From the sequence record SRR31156797_94: a DNA stretch of 56,323 nucleotides, one strand, 5' to 3'. Positions 18,341-28,745 of the stretch are shown here, piece by piece; position 1 is the first letter of the stretch; each line of letters starts with the position of its first letter. The position numbers and the translations under genes were made by a program. A model generated the notes under the pieces. The model had not been told where the DNA came from. It ran no database searches and saw only the letters and a list, made by a program, of their open reading frames with translations.

Positions 18341-20764
18341 ATGGTAACAAACAAATCCGATGAGAGTGACTTTAAGTCTATAATTCAATTATTGACACGG
18401 AATTACAAACTGTTTGCAATAGGAATAGGGATAGCTCTGGTGCTTGCATTTGTGGCTGGTAAATTCATGATCCCTAAATATCAAATCACGTCTTCCATTT
18501 TAATAACAGAGGATACAAAAAGGGTAGATGGCGGCAAAAATGAGTATTTACAGAGTAATCTTTTTACCACCAATCAAAATTTGCAAAATGAATTGTGGAT
18601 GCTTAAATCTGTACCTACTATCAGTCAAACCATTAAAAATTTAAATTTATCAGTAAGTTATTTCAAAAAAAATGGTTTACAGGTAAATGAGATTTATGGA
18701 AAGTCTCCATTTAAAGTTCAGCTTATTGATAATCATATTCAACCGGTTAACATACATTTTAAGTTAGTTATTCTGGACAAAATCAATTATGTAATTGAGG
18801 CAAAAGGGAAAAGTGTAGCATTTGCAAACTTAAATACCGGAGAAACAGAGTTTCATAAAAACAAATGGCATTTTAAACGAAATGGCATGTTTGATAAACT
18901 AATAGAATGTCAGGAACTTGGTTTTATCATTCAGCTCAATGAGGATGTTGAAGCTAATTATTTTAAGAAGGAATATGAATTTGTATTACAAGACTATATA
19001 ACCTTAACCAATGAGTTAAGAAAGAACTTAGAGTTCAGGATAGTTGATAAGCTCGCTACTGTTATAGAGATAAATTATAAATCCAATTCTGTAAAAAAAG
19101 GGAAAGACGTGCTAAACGAAATAATGCAGGTTTATTCGAATCAAAATCTGGATAGAAAAAATCATACAGCGCGTGTAACTATCAATTATATAGAAAAGCA
19201 ACTTGATGAAATTTCTGATTCGTTAAGTCTTACAGAGGAAACTTTGCAACGATTTCGTTCATCGAATTATTTATTAAATGTGAATCAGCAAACACAAAAT
19301 ATTTCGACACAGTATTTAGATCTTCAAAATCAGTTAGCAGAGCTAATGACTCGAAAACGTTATTACGATTATGTCACAGAATATCTTCATAATAATGATG
19401 ATTATTCAAGTATGACTGTGCCAGCATCCATGGGAATTCAGGATCAGTTACTTAATACACTAATGTCAGAATTAATCACATCTCAAACGGATAGGTCTAA
19501 TCTGATAAGTAATGATCAGGAATACAATCCTTTGGTAAAAAAACTTACTGTTAAAATAGAGAATATTAAACAAACCATTCTCAATAATATTACGGCTGTT
19601 TCCAATACTGTGGATATATCCATTGATGAGATGAATAAAAGGATACAAAGGTTAAAATACACCATCAGCAGAATGCCGGAGACACAACTTGAACTTGGTG
19701 GTTTAGAGAGAAAATATAAGCTAAATGATGCCATTTATAATTATTTGTTGGAGAAAAGAGCTGAAGCCAAAATTACCTTAGCTTCGAATATTCCCAATAG
19801 TATTATTATTAGTCCTGCACGTATGGCCGGGCACCGTCCTGTTACACCTAATAATCAAATTAATTATATGATTGCGATTTTGGTGGGAGTTTTAATACCT
19901 CTTGCTTATTTAATGATAAGAAATGAATTAAATAATAAAATTGGCGTTCAGGATGATGTGGCCAGTATGGTAAATGTGCCTGTGTTTGGAAAAATAATAC
20001 ACTGTAAAAAAAGTGTTGCCTTAAATCTGTATGAGGTGCCTGGCAATATAGTTCTGGAATCTTTCAGGGCATTAAGGACTAATTTAGAATACCAGTATGT
20101 GAACTTTACCTCAAAAGTAATATTAATTAGTTCTTGTATCGAGAAGGAAGGGAAGTCATTTGTCTCCAGAAATTTGGCTTATAGTTATGCGCAATTAGGC
20201 TACAAAACCTTATTGGTAAACTTCGATTTAAGAAAGAAATCGAGTTATTTTAAGGATGAAGACGAAAATGTCAAAGGAATTTCTTCATGGTATAACGAAT
20301 CAATAACCATAAAGGATATCATTCAACATTCTCCATTTGATAACCTCGACTACATTCAGGCAGGTGAACTTTCTTCTGATCCACCACAAATAATGTCTAA
20401 AAACAATACCGGAGAATTGATTGATCAACTCAGAAATAAATATAACTGTATTATTCTGGATACTTCGCCGTTAGCTCAGGTGAGTGATGCTTATTTGTTA
20501 ATGGACTATGCAGATGTGAAAATAATTATAGCCAGATATAATTATTCTAACAAGCGAGTTCTCAACTTAATTATGAAAGATATACATCAAAAAAACATTA
20601 AAAATGTAGGTGTAGTGATGAATGATAATAACAACTATAGCAATCAGTATGGGTATGGCTACGGCTATAACAAGCAAAATGGAAATGGTAAAACCAGAAA
20701 AGCAATTGTGGTTAATAAATCAAATGAAAAAGTAGCCAAGACAGGGTTACATAACATTCAATAA
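18341..20764 (+). CDS. wzc: Polysaccharide co-polymerase / BY tyrosine kinase (Wzc)
   Basis: Two TMs, coiled coil, ESFRALRTNL, EGKS Walker A, DLRK, IILDTSP Walker B, C-terminal YSNQYGYGYGY cluster. Confidence 0.92.
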   Translation: MVTNKSDESDFKSIIQLLTRNYKLFAIGIGIALVLAFVAGKFMIPKYQITSSILITEDTKRVDGGKNEYLQSNLFTTNQNLQNELWMLKSVPTISQTIKNLNLSVSYFKKNGLQVNEIYGKSPFKVQLIDNHIQPVNIHFKLVILDKINYVIEAKGKSVAFANLNTGETEFHKNKWHFKRNGMFDKLIECQELGFIIQLNEDVEANYFKKEYEFVLQDYITLTNELRKNLEFRIVDKLATVIEINYKSNSVKKGKDVLNEIMQVYSNQNLDRKNHTARVTINYIEKQLDEISDSLSLTEETLQRFRSSNYLLNVNQQTQNISTQYLDLQNQLAELMTRKRYYDYVTEYLHNNDDYSSMTVPASMGIQDQLLNTLMSELITSQTDRSNLISNDQEYNPLVKKLTVKIENIKQTILNNITAVSNTVDISIDEMNKRIQRLKYTISRMPETQLELGGLERKYKLNDAIYNYLLEKRAEAKITLASNIPNSIIISPARMAGHRPVTPNNQINYMIAILVGVLIPLAYLMIRNELNNKIGVQDDVASMVNVPVFGKIIHCKKSVALNLYEVPGNIVLESFRALRTNLEYQYVNFTSKVILISSCIEKEGKSFVSRNLAYSYAQLGYKTLLVNFDLRKKSSYFKDEDENVKGISSWYNESITIKDIIQHSPFDNLDYIQAGELSSDPPQIMSKNNTGELIDQLRNKYNCIILDTSPLAQVSDAYLLMDYADVKIIIARYNYSNKRVLNLIMKDIHQKNIKNVGVVMNDNNNYSNQYGYGYGYNKQNGNGKTRKAIVVNKSNEKVAKTGLHNIQ

Positions 20765-20991
20765 TTAATTACAAGAATTAACCGCTTTGCTAGTATTTAT
20801 AAAGCAACTGTTCCACCACCTTTTGGAGGCTCTCAAATTAACAAATGTCATATCGTTGGAAATCAATATTTATGTAGTTAGTCATAAACTTTGTGACTGA
20901 GAGGGCGGAGCCGTGAAAATCTTTTCCCTTTTGATAAATTAGGTTTATCACAAAAGCAAAACGCGATTTTAAATCTCTCAAAAAGCCGAAT

Positions 20992-21606
20992 ATGCTCAGA
21001 AGCTTATTAAATTTTGTATTCTCTTTTTTAGACAAATATAAAGCAAAGGTTATTGCAAATAACGTTACCTTGATAGGATCCGGGCAGGTATTTTCGCGTA
21101 GTACTTTTGTACGATTAGCAGACAAATCAAATAAAAATGATATTACAATTGGAGATCATGCTATTGTTTATGGTACGCTTGTATCTGAGAATCATGGTAA
21201 AATACACTTGGGAACTTTTGTGTATTTACGAGAAAATAGTACGATAGGAGCTGTGAATGAGATTACCATTGGTGATTATACTTCTATAGCAGATTATGTT
21301 GTAATTTTAGATAATAACAACCATCCGGTTCATCCTGCAGACCGAAAATTAAAAAGTAGCTCTCCTCCTGGATCTGATTATCGAAAATGGCGACACTCAG
21401 ATTCCGCACCAATTATAATTGGGCAGAATGTATGGATTGGTTCTTTTGCCAGGATTTGTAAAGGAGTTAGAATAGGGGATAATTCAATTATTGCAGCTAA
21501 TGCTGTGGTTACGAAAGATGTACCTTCCAATTCAATTGCAGCTGGTAATCCTGCTAAAATTGTAAAAACAGATATCGACAAAGTTCCCCGGGTTTTCAAT
21601 AATTAA
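20992..21606 (+). CDS. Hexapeptide-repeat O-acyltransferase (maltose/galactoside acetyltransferase-like)
   Basis: IIIGQNVWIG, GVRIGDNSIIAANAVVTKDVP...AGNPAK left-handed beta-helix motifs. Confidence 0.88.
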   Translation: MLRSLLNFVFSFLDKYKAKVIANNVTLIGSGQVFSRSTFVRLADKSNKNDITIGDHAIVYGTLVSENHGKIHLGTFVYLRENSTIGAVNEITIGDYTSIADYVVILDNNNHPVHPADRKLKSSSPPGSDYRKWRHSDSAPIIIGQNVWIGSFARICKGVRIGDNSIIAANAVVTKDVPSNSIAAGNPAKIVKTDIDKVPRVFNN

Positions 21607-21612
21607 AGGTTG

Positions 21613-23217
21613 ATGAATACTTCTAATTCGAAAAAAGAATCAGGTACAGCAAAGCAGACTGCTGCTATCATGACCGGTAAGCTTATTGCATTAGCTGCAA
21701 CATTTGCCATGCCTTTATTTCTAACTCGTTTTTTAACTAAGTTTGAATTTGGGGTGTATTCTCAGTTTTATGTATTGATTAATTTCTTTACCATTATTTT
21801 TAGTTTAGGAATTCAGTCTAACCTGTACTTTTTTTATCCAAAAGCAAACGAAAGAGAAAGAGAGTCTTTAATACTCCATACGATCCTGTTTTTATTCGTT
21901 TTTACCATCATTGCTATTGTTTTTGTCAATGTTCCTTTTTTAAATAGATACCTTTTAGGCAAAGGCGATCTTTCTAATTATACCGCATATGTTAGCTTGG
22001 GTATACTATTTTTATTACCCTTGATTATTATTGAACCTTTGTATGTGGCAAAAGCTGATAATACAACGAGTGTCTTATATCCACCAGCCGTTATACTACT
22101 GCGACTTGGTTTTGTAATTGGTTTTGCTGTGCTTTGGCATAGCCTGAATTCTATCATGTTTGGAATCATTTTCGCTGCTTTTAGCTGTTTTATTTTTGTG
22201 ATGATTTATGCCTTGAAAAACATAAATCTTCGACAATTAAAGGGTATTATAAATATTAAATTAGCTAAACGACAATTAAAGTATAGCTGGCCTTTTGGTA
22301 TGGCATTGGTTTTAAATACCCTCGCCCTTCAATTCGATAAAATAATATGTATTTCATTTCTAGATCCAGCTTCATTTGCCACCTATGCTATTGTTTTTTA
22401 TGGTATACCAGGAGTTGAGCAAGTTTACACTTCATTATCTCAAGTGTATCTGATGAAGATGGCTGCTAAACATCACGAAAACAAACCCAATCAAATCTCT
22501 GAAATATATAAATCTCTGGTTACAAAGACGTATTCATTTTCCATCCCGGCTATCATTATTGTTTCTCTTTATGCAGAAAGAATTATTACTTTATTTTTTA
22601 CAGATAAATATATGGATGCTGTTCCGCTATTTAGAGTTTATATATTGATATTTTTAGTTTTTATGCTGGGAGCAGGATTAATTTTAAGGGCGACAGATAA
22701 AACGATTTACTCTTTAAAAGCTTATTTTTTTAGCAGCTTGTTTACTTTACCACTCACCTTTTTTTTAATTAAGTTTTATGGAATTTGGGGAGGATTAATC
22801 AGTGCCATGGTAAGTATTATTACTCCTAAAACTATCCAATTACATATTGAAATGAAGCTGGTTAATAGCAATATTTTCAACTATTTTCCATGGAGGAAGT
22901 TTCTCCGTATTGCTTTGATTTCTCTCATTTCTGTTACCCCATTTGTGTTGCTGGAAAAGTATCTCGTATATGGAGATGTGTTTGCCGCAATTTTTGGTTT
23001 TATCTATTTAGTAATTGTATCAATATTGGAAATTCATTATGGAGTGTTTGTTTTTGACGGGGTAAGTTTAAATGAATTAATCAATAAACTTTGTGCACGA
23101 TTTTCATTTTTAGAATCGATAAAACGATCCTTAGTAGTTGTTTTAATGCCTCAAAAAAACGATTCTACATTAGGTAAAAGTAGTTCTATTGCAAGTAAAG
23201 ATAATCCACTTAAATGA
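21613..23217 (+). CDS. wzx: Wzx-type repeat-unit flippase
   Basis: 12-14 TM protein with LTRFLTKFEFGVY, FDKII, YGIWG; position in polysaccharide locus. Confidence 0.82.
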   Translation: MNTSNSKKESGTAKQTAAIMTGKLIALAATFAMPLFLTRFLTKFEFGVYSQFYVLINFFTIIFSLGIQSNLYFFYPKANERERESLILHTILFLFVFTIIAIVFVNVPFLNRYLLGKGDLSNYTAYVSLGILFLLPLIIIEPLYVAKADNTTSVLYPPAVILLRLGFVIGFAVLWHSLNSIMFGIIFAAFSCFIFVMIYALKNINLRQLKGIINIKLAKRQLKYSWPFGMALVLNTLALQFDKIICISFLDPASFATYAIVFYGIPGVEQVYTSLSQVYLMKMAAKHHENKPNQISEIYKSLVTKTYSFSIPAIIIVSLYAERIITLFFTDKYMDAVPLFRVYILIFLVFMLGAGLILRATDKTIYSLKAYFFSSLFTLPLTFFLIKFYGIWGGLISAMVSIITPKTIQLHIEMKLVNSNIFNYFPWRKFLRIALISLISVTPFVLLEKYLVYGDVFAAIFGFIYLVIVSILEIHYGVFVFDGVSLNELINKLCARFSFLESIKRSLVVVLMPQKNDSTLGKSSSIASKDNPLK

Positions 23218-24425
23218 TTCAAAAGCTTCAGCGATATAGCCTTTATGTATTTTTATTTTCTCTTAATTTTGAGGTTTGGGATCCTTTTCATACTGAAGGT
23301 TTTTTTTCTATCTCAAAATTAACGGGAATTATATATTTTGCTGTTTCAATTCCTGCCATCATTAAGTACAAAACTGGATCGAATTACAAACCAGTTCTAA
23401 AAGTAATTCTAACTTTTTTTAGCTTGTTATTTTTGATAAATGCAATTCATGCTCAATCAACAGATGATACTATCATTGATTTTACAATCTTGCAGAATAT
23501 TATTCTTTTTTGGATTATCATCAACCATGTTCGAAAAGAACCTTTGATTTTAGAAAAGGGATTGATGGCTTTTTCGTTGGGAGCAGCTACGTTGGCACTG
23601 TTATATTACAATGGCGTTGGAATTGAAATTACCAATGAAGGAAGAGTTTCAATTTTTGGCGATAACCAAAATATTATTGCACAAAGGATGTGTTTTGGGA
23701 TTACCATTGTGGCTATGGTAGTACTTCAAAATAGTCTACAATTAAAAAAAACACGTTTTCTCTATCTTGCTTTAACGCCCTTAATGTTTGGACTTTTAAT
23801 AGCAACCGGCTCACGATTATCAATCATCACATTGGCAATAATCTTTATATCGGCTTTGGTATTATTAAAAACAAATACCTTTTTAGTAAAGGGTTTAGTA
23901 TTCATACTCGGTATTATCTTTTTTATCTTTATGTTTCGTTTAGCCTTTGAAAACGAGATGTTGAGAGAACGTTTTTTAACTAGTTTAAACGAAGGAAATC
24001 TATCCAACAGAGATATAATTTGGGAGCAGATTTTTCCTCTCATTTTCGATCATCCCATATTTGGGGTTGGGCAATCAGGTTATACGACTTTCTGTATGAA
24101 TGCATTCGGAAGATATATGAGTCCTCATAATGTAGTTCTGGAAATAGTCTGTTTTACTGGATTTTTTGGTTTAATAGTCTATGGCATTTTTTTGTATTTG
24201 GTTTTTCGTCAGGGATATCTAAAGTATAGAGAAAGTGGTCTTTTATTGCCAATGTTGCTTTCAATTTCGGTATTTGGTATTTTACTAGGCAGTCATATTT
24301 TGGAGGTAAAGTTAGGATGGGTGATTCTGGCATATATTACCACCAGCCTTGAGGTTCAATATCAAAAAAAGGAAAAACATCAGCCAAACAAAGTGAGTGA
24401 AACAATGCAAGTCTCAGCGGTTTAA
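23214..24425 (+). CDS. wzy: Wzy polymerase / O-antigen-ligase-domain protein
   Basis: Multi-TM; TGSR, RDIIW, HPIFGVG, PHNVVLE Wzy_C motifs; ATGA overlap with wzx. Confidence 0.8.
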   Translation: MIQKLQRYSLYVFLFSLNFEVWDPFHTEGFFSISKLTGIIYFAVSIPAIIKYKTGSNYKPVLKVILTFFSLLFLINAIHAQSTDDTIIDFTILQNIILFWIIINHVRKEPLILEKGLMAFSLGAATLALLYYNGVGIEITNEGRVSIFGDNQNIIAQRMCFGITIVAMVVLQNSLQLKKTRFLYLALTPLMFGLLIATGSRLSIITLAIIFISALVLLKTNTFLVKGLVFILGIIFFIFMFRLAFENEMLRERFLTSLNEGNLSNRDIIWEQIFPLIFDHPIFGVGQSGYTTFCMNAFGRYMSPHNVVLEIVCFTGFFGLIVYGIFLYLVFRQGYLKYRESGLLLPMLLSISVFGILLGSHILEVKLGWVILAYITTSLEVQYQKKEKHQPNKVSETMQVSAV

Positions 24426-24502
24426 AAGAATCAGATTTTAGTTTTTGTTCAGAATTTGTAATCCAAATTGGAATAAAGTCTTTCATAGACATCTTTTTAT
24501 TC

Positions 24503-25618
24503 ATGAATATTTTGTGTGTTATAGATAGTTTGTGTTTTGGTGGAGCTCAACGACAGTTAGTTGAGTTAGCTATTTCTTTTAAAGAAAAGGGGCATTCGGT
24601 TTCTTTTTTAACCTATCATCATATTCCTTTTTTTAATGAAAGTGTAGAAAATAAGGGAATTTCCATAAGCTGTATCAAGGAGCCTAATTATTTGAAACGA
24701 CTTATTAAAATGAGGCATTTTATCCGTAAAGGAAACTATCACTCTGTTTTGTCATTTTTAGAAGCCGCAAATTTTATTTGTGAAATAGCGAGTTTTCCAT
24801 ATCGAAAATGGCATTTGGTGGTAGGCGAAAGAAGTGCCAATCCTATGATTTTAAAGTCACTCAAATTAAGGTTTTACAGGTGGTTTCATTTTTTGGCTAA
24901 TTATGTTGTTGCCAATTCAAATACAAATATGAGTTTGGTAAGAACAGCGAATCCTTTGTTATCGGAAAACAAATGTAAAATTATTTACAATACGATTGAT
25001 TTTGATCGTTTTAAGCCAACTGATAATTACAGATTTCGGCACGAAAAAAAACTTAAGTTAGTTGTTGCAGCACGAATTCAGTATGAAAAGAATTTTTCAG
25101 GATTAATAAAAGCGCTTTTATTATTAAAAAAAGAAGAGGTACAACAACTACAAATAGATTGGTACGGAGAATATGATTTACAACCTCATGCCAATGAAGC
25201 ACTACAAAAGGATTTATTGGAATTAAAAGCCCATGGTTTAGATGGAATTTTGAAATTTCATAAAGCTACGCACCATATTCAGGATATTATTCAGCAATCC
25301 GATGCAGTTGGTTTATTCAGTTTTTATGAAGGATTTCCTAATGTTATTTGTGAAGCCATGGCTTGCGGAAAACCTGTGGTTTGCACAAACGTTTCCGATA
25401 TATCCAGATTTTTATCTCATAAAAAACAATTGCTATTTGATCCAAAAGATCCGATTTCTATTAAAAATGCCCTATTGTTCTTACTAGGGCTAGATAATAA
25501 CGATTTAATTTCAATTGGTTCAAAAAACAGGGCGATTGCATTGGATAATTTTCAATCAGAAAAGATTGTTTCAGGTTATTTAAATCTCTTGCAGGGAAAA
25601 AAAGTTGAGGAAGAATAA
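24503..25618 (+). CDS. GT4 glycosyltransferase
   Basis: GGAQRQL, SFYEGFPNVICEAMACGKPVV (ExxxxxxxE). Confidence 0.9.
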   Translation: MNILCVIDSLCFGGAQRQLVELAISFKEKGHSVSFLTYHHIPFFNESVENKGISISCIKEPNYLKRLIKMRHFIRKGNYHSVLSFLEAANFICEIASFPYRKWHLVVGERSANPMILKSLKLRFYRWFHFLANYVVANSNTNMSLVRTANPLLSENKCKIIYNTIDFDRFKPTDNYRFRHEKKLKLVVAARIQYEKNFSGLIKALLLLKKEEVQQLQIDWYGEYDLQPHANEALQKDLLELKAHGLDGILKFHKATHHIQDIIQQSDAVGLFSFYEGFPNVICEAMACGKPVVCTNVSDISRFLSHKKQLLFDPKDPISIKNALLFLLGLDNNDLISIGSKNRAIALDNFQSEKIVSGYLNLLQGKKVEEE

Positions 25619-26544
25619 TGCTTCGTTTTTTATATCAGTTAATCCACTTTTTGATTCGATATAGCGGCTTAAGTTATTTGTTAAGAATCTTATTTGCCAA
25701 AAATGGTATTTCCATAATTATGTATCACAATCCAAAACCAGAGTATTTTAAAATGCATTTAGAATATCTTACAAAAAGGTATAATCTAATTTCGTTTTCA
25801 TCATACCTTGATGCCATGGAGAAAGGAAGGACGAAGGAATTACCTAAATATGCCTTAATTATAACTATTGATGATGGTTGGAAAGAAAATTACGAATTAT
25901 TATCCCTTATAAAAGCATTTCAGATTAAGCCTACTATTTTTTTAACAGCAGATATAATCAATACTGACCGACATTTTTGGTGGACTGCTTGCCCTCATAA
26001 TGAAGTAGAACGTTTAAAAAAAATGCCGAATAAGATAAAAGAAAAGGAGTTAAGGGAAAAGTATAAATATGATTTACATAAGGAATATACAGGAGGAAGA
26101 CAGGCTTTAAATAAACAAGAGTTGGATGAGATGAAAGCTCATGTTGAGTTTGGCTTGCATACCTGTACGCATCCGATATTAACAAAATGCACTTCAAAGA
26201 AGAAAGTAAATGAGATAAAAAAATGTAAGCTGCAAGTGGATGAAATGCTGGGATTAGATGTAAAAACATTTTCCTATCCGAATGGAGATTATGACAAGGA
26301 ATGCATGCAGATATTAGAAGAATCAGGTGTGAAAGCTGCACGAACTACAGATTCCGGATGGAATAACAGAACTAAATTCAATCCATATAACTTGAAGGTA
26401 ACGGGCGTATCTGATCATAGCTCCATTACAAAATTAGCAGCAGAGTTAACCGGAATTCCCATGTTTATTCAATATGTGTTACAAGGCAGTTTTAGTGGTA
26501 AAAAGCGACCTATCACCTTGGAATCAAAAACTCAAATGAATTGA
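25618..26544 (+). CDS. Polysaccharide deacetylase (CE4/NodB domain)
   Basis: IMYH, ITIDDG, GLHTCTHPIL, FSYPNG motifs intact; TAATG coupling to the upstream GT. Confidence 0.88.
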   Translation: MLRFLYQLIHFLIRYSGLSYLLRILFAKNGISIIMYHNPKPEYFKMHLEYLTKRYNLISFSSYLDAMEKGRTKELPKYALIITIDDGWKENYELLSLIKAFQIKPTIFLTADIINTDRHFWWTACPHNEVERLKKMPNKIKEKELREKYKYDLHKEYTGGRQALNKQELDEMKAHVEFGLHTCTHPILTKCTSKKKVNEIKKCKLQVDEMLGLDVKTFSYPNGDYDKECMQILEESGVKAARTTDSGWNNRTKFNPYNLKVTGVSDHSSITKLAAELTGIPMFIQYVLQGSFSGKKRPITLESKTQMN

Positions 26545-26577
26545 AATTTATACTATTTACTACATAGTTAATATCTT

Positions 26578-27747
26578 ATGAAGGTTTTTTTAATTGCACC
26601 TGCACCTCCGCCTGTTGGAGGAATTGAATCGGTGACCGATAATCTGATGAATTATATAAAAACAAGTGGTAATGGAACAAGTCTGGTTTTATATAACACA
26701 TCACACAAGTATCGTCCCGTTACCTCAAGTTCTAGAATTATTAGATTAGCAACGGGAATTCAGGGAGCAATAAAGACTTATTTTGAGATTGACAAGATTA
26801 TTCGAAATGAAAAACCGGATGTTATTCATCTGGCTACTAGTGCTTCATTGTCGTTGTTTAAAGATTACTTTTTGATAAAGAAAGCAGCTAAGTACAATAT
26901 TCCCATTGTACTTCACTGGCATTTTGGGAGAATTCCTCAACTAAAACATCAGGATAACTGGGAATGGAAATTATTGAAAAAGGTAATTATAAAAAGCACC
27001 ATGTCAATTGTTATTGACAATAAATCGTATGAAACACTTTTAAATACAGGAATAACTAATGTAGATTATGTACCGAATCCTTTGGCATATGATATAGAAC
27101 TGCAAGCAAAGGAGATCAGTAAAGAAATTAATAATCGTCAATTGGGAAGGATAATTTACGTTGGCCATATTATAAAAAACAAAGGTGTTTTTGAATTGGT
27201 GAAAGCCTGTAAACATATTTCAAATCTTAAAGAACTGATTCTAATTGGTCCATATGAGGAAGTGGTCAAAAGAGAATTGATAAATATTAGTGGTGATGAG
27301 GGGAACCATTGGTTGAAATTTACGGGACAAATAAAGATTGAGAAAGTGATTGATTATATGAAAAGCGCTCCAATACTTTTATTACCAAGCTATACTGAGG
27401 GTTTTCCGATGGTGATTTTAGAAGGGATGGCTTTAGGTTGTGCTATCGTTGCAACGGATGTTGGTGCTATTCCTGAGATGCTTCATATTGAGTCCAGTGA
27501 ACCTTGTGGTATATGTATTCAACCCCAAAGGGTTGCACCACTTAAAGAAGCAATAGAAAACCTTCTACTTACGCATAAAGCTTGGGAAGTGTACGGAAAA
27601 AGAGCCAATGATCGAGTACTTAGAAATTATACCATAGACCATGTTTATGCGCAATATAAAAGTGTTTGGAAAAAAGCATTGAATGCGATGGACGAAACTA
27701 AATTAGTTCATGCTCAATTCAACAAAACACAAGGAGCGAGATCTTAA
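26578..27747 (+). CDS. GT4 glycosyltransferase
   Basis: PPPVGGI, NKGVFEL, PSYTEGFPMVILEGMALGCAIVATDVG. Confidence 0.9.
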   Translation: MKVFLIAPAPPPVGGIESVTDNLMNYIKTSGNGTSLVLYNTSHKYRPVTSSSRIIRLATGIQGAIKTYFEIDKIIRNEKPDVIHLATSASLSLFKDYFLIKKAAKYNIPIVLHWHFGRIPQLKHQDNWEWKLLKKVIIKSTMSIVIDNKSYETLLNTGITNVDYVPNPLAYDIELQAKEISKEINNRQLGRIIYVGHIIKNKGVFELVKACKHISNLKELILIGPYEEVVKRELINISGDEGNHWLKFTGQIKIEKVIDYMKSAPILLLPSYTEGFPMVILEGMALGCAIVATDVGAIPEMLHIESSEPCGICIQPQRVAPLKEAIENLLLTHKAWEVYGKRANDRVLRNYTIDHVYAQYKSVWKKALNAMDETKLVHAQFNKTQGARS

Positions 27748-27788
27748 AATATAATGTGTAGAGTGTACATAGGAATTTTAAATAAAGC

Positions 27789-28724
27789 GTGATGAATCTA
27801 CAGGAATTTGTGAATATCCATCAACAAACAGGTTTTCAAATACAAAATAAGGAGGGACAATATTTTTTGAATAGAGGGCTGCTTAATTATGCATTTCCAC
27901 AATTAAGTATATCTCATATCAACAAGAAAATTGTTAATTCTTTGAAATGGAAATATCTGATTACGGTCATCAAAACAGATTTTCAACGAAAAAACACATA
28001 TGAGTATATTTTAAATACCGATGAATATGAAGTGGAAAGCTTTAGAAAGCGAACCAGGACAACCGTTCGTAAAAGCTTAAAAAGTTGCGAATTTAAAAGA
28101 CCTCCACTAAAAGACCTGATTACAGATGGACTATTGATCAACATACAAACACTTAAAATACAGAAGAGAAAAGATAAATATTTATCAGATCCAAAGCTGT
28201 GGGAAAAGTATATTACACTTTTTTATGAACAAAAGGATACCATTATTATTGGAGCTTATTTTCAGGAAAAATTGATTGCCTATGCCATTGCCTATGAAGT
28301 AGAAGGAAAGCAATCTTTTCATCTGCAGCATATAAACCGCGATTATGCAACCTATTATCCAATGAGTGGATTAATGTATGTTGTAGTAAACGAATTACTT
28401 AAAAAACACAATCGTGTAAGTATTTCAGATGGTATAGAATCATTTACGCCCATGCCAACCTTAAATAAATTTAAGCGATATATGCGTTTCGATAGAGTTC
28501 CAATTACAAGAGTGTATATTCTAAATCCCATATTACTCATACTAATTAAGTCAATTGTTACATTTTACATTTCGATACTTGGAAAAAGAAGCTTTAAAAA
28601 TACTATGCTAAGAAAAGTAGTGGATTTATACCAGGGACATCGAATTTTGACTCAAATGATAAAAGAACATAAGCAGGAGCCAGAACATGTAGCAAAGGTG
28701 ATATGCCAGGATGAATTGTATTGA
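27789..28724 (+). CDS. FemAB/GNAT-fold-like protein (putative acyl/aminoacyl transferase)
   Basis: FRKRTRTTVRKSLKSCEF basic helix, GAYFQEKLIAY strand, LNKFKRYMRF ending; resembles FemAB/Acetyltransf_6-type proteins. Confidence 0.5.
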   Translation: MMNLQEFVNIHQQTGFQIQNKEGQYFLNRGLLNYAFPQLSISHINKKIVNSLKWKYLITVIKTDFQRKNTYEYILNTDEYEVESFRKRTRTTVRKSLKSCEFKRPPLKDLITDGLLINIQTLKIQKRKDKYLSDPKLWEKYITLFYEQKDTIIIGAYFQEKLIAYAIAYEVEGKQSFHLQHINRDYATYYPMSGLMYVVVNELLKKHNRVSISDGIESFTPMPTLNKFKRYMRFDRVPITRVYILNPILLILIKSIVTFYISILGKRSFKNTMLRKVVDLYQGHRILTQMIKEHKQEPEHVAKVICQDELY

Positions 28725-28745
28725 AAAATTTAAAGCAAGTGTATT

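Noticed and set aside
18341..20764. Wzc possibly inactive (NFDLRK instead of DxDLR)
   Set aside because: Walker A lysine, Walker B and the Tyr cluster are intact, and this position varies in Bacteroidota Wzc proteins
20838..21125. 95-aa minus-strand ORF across the wzc-acyltransferase spacer
   Set aside because: Overlaps the acyltransferase antisense and opposes the whole operon; no motif
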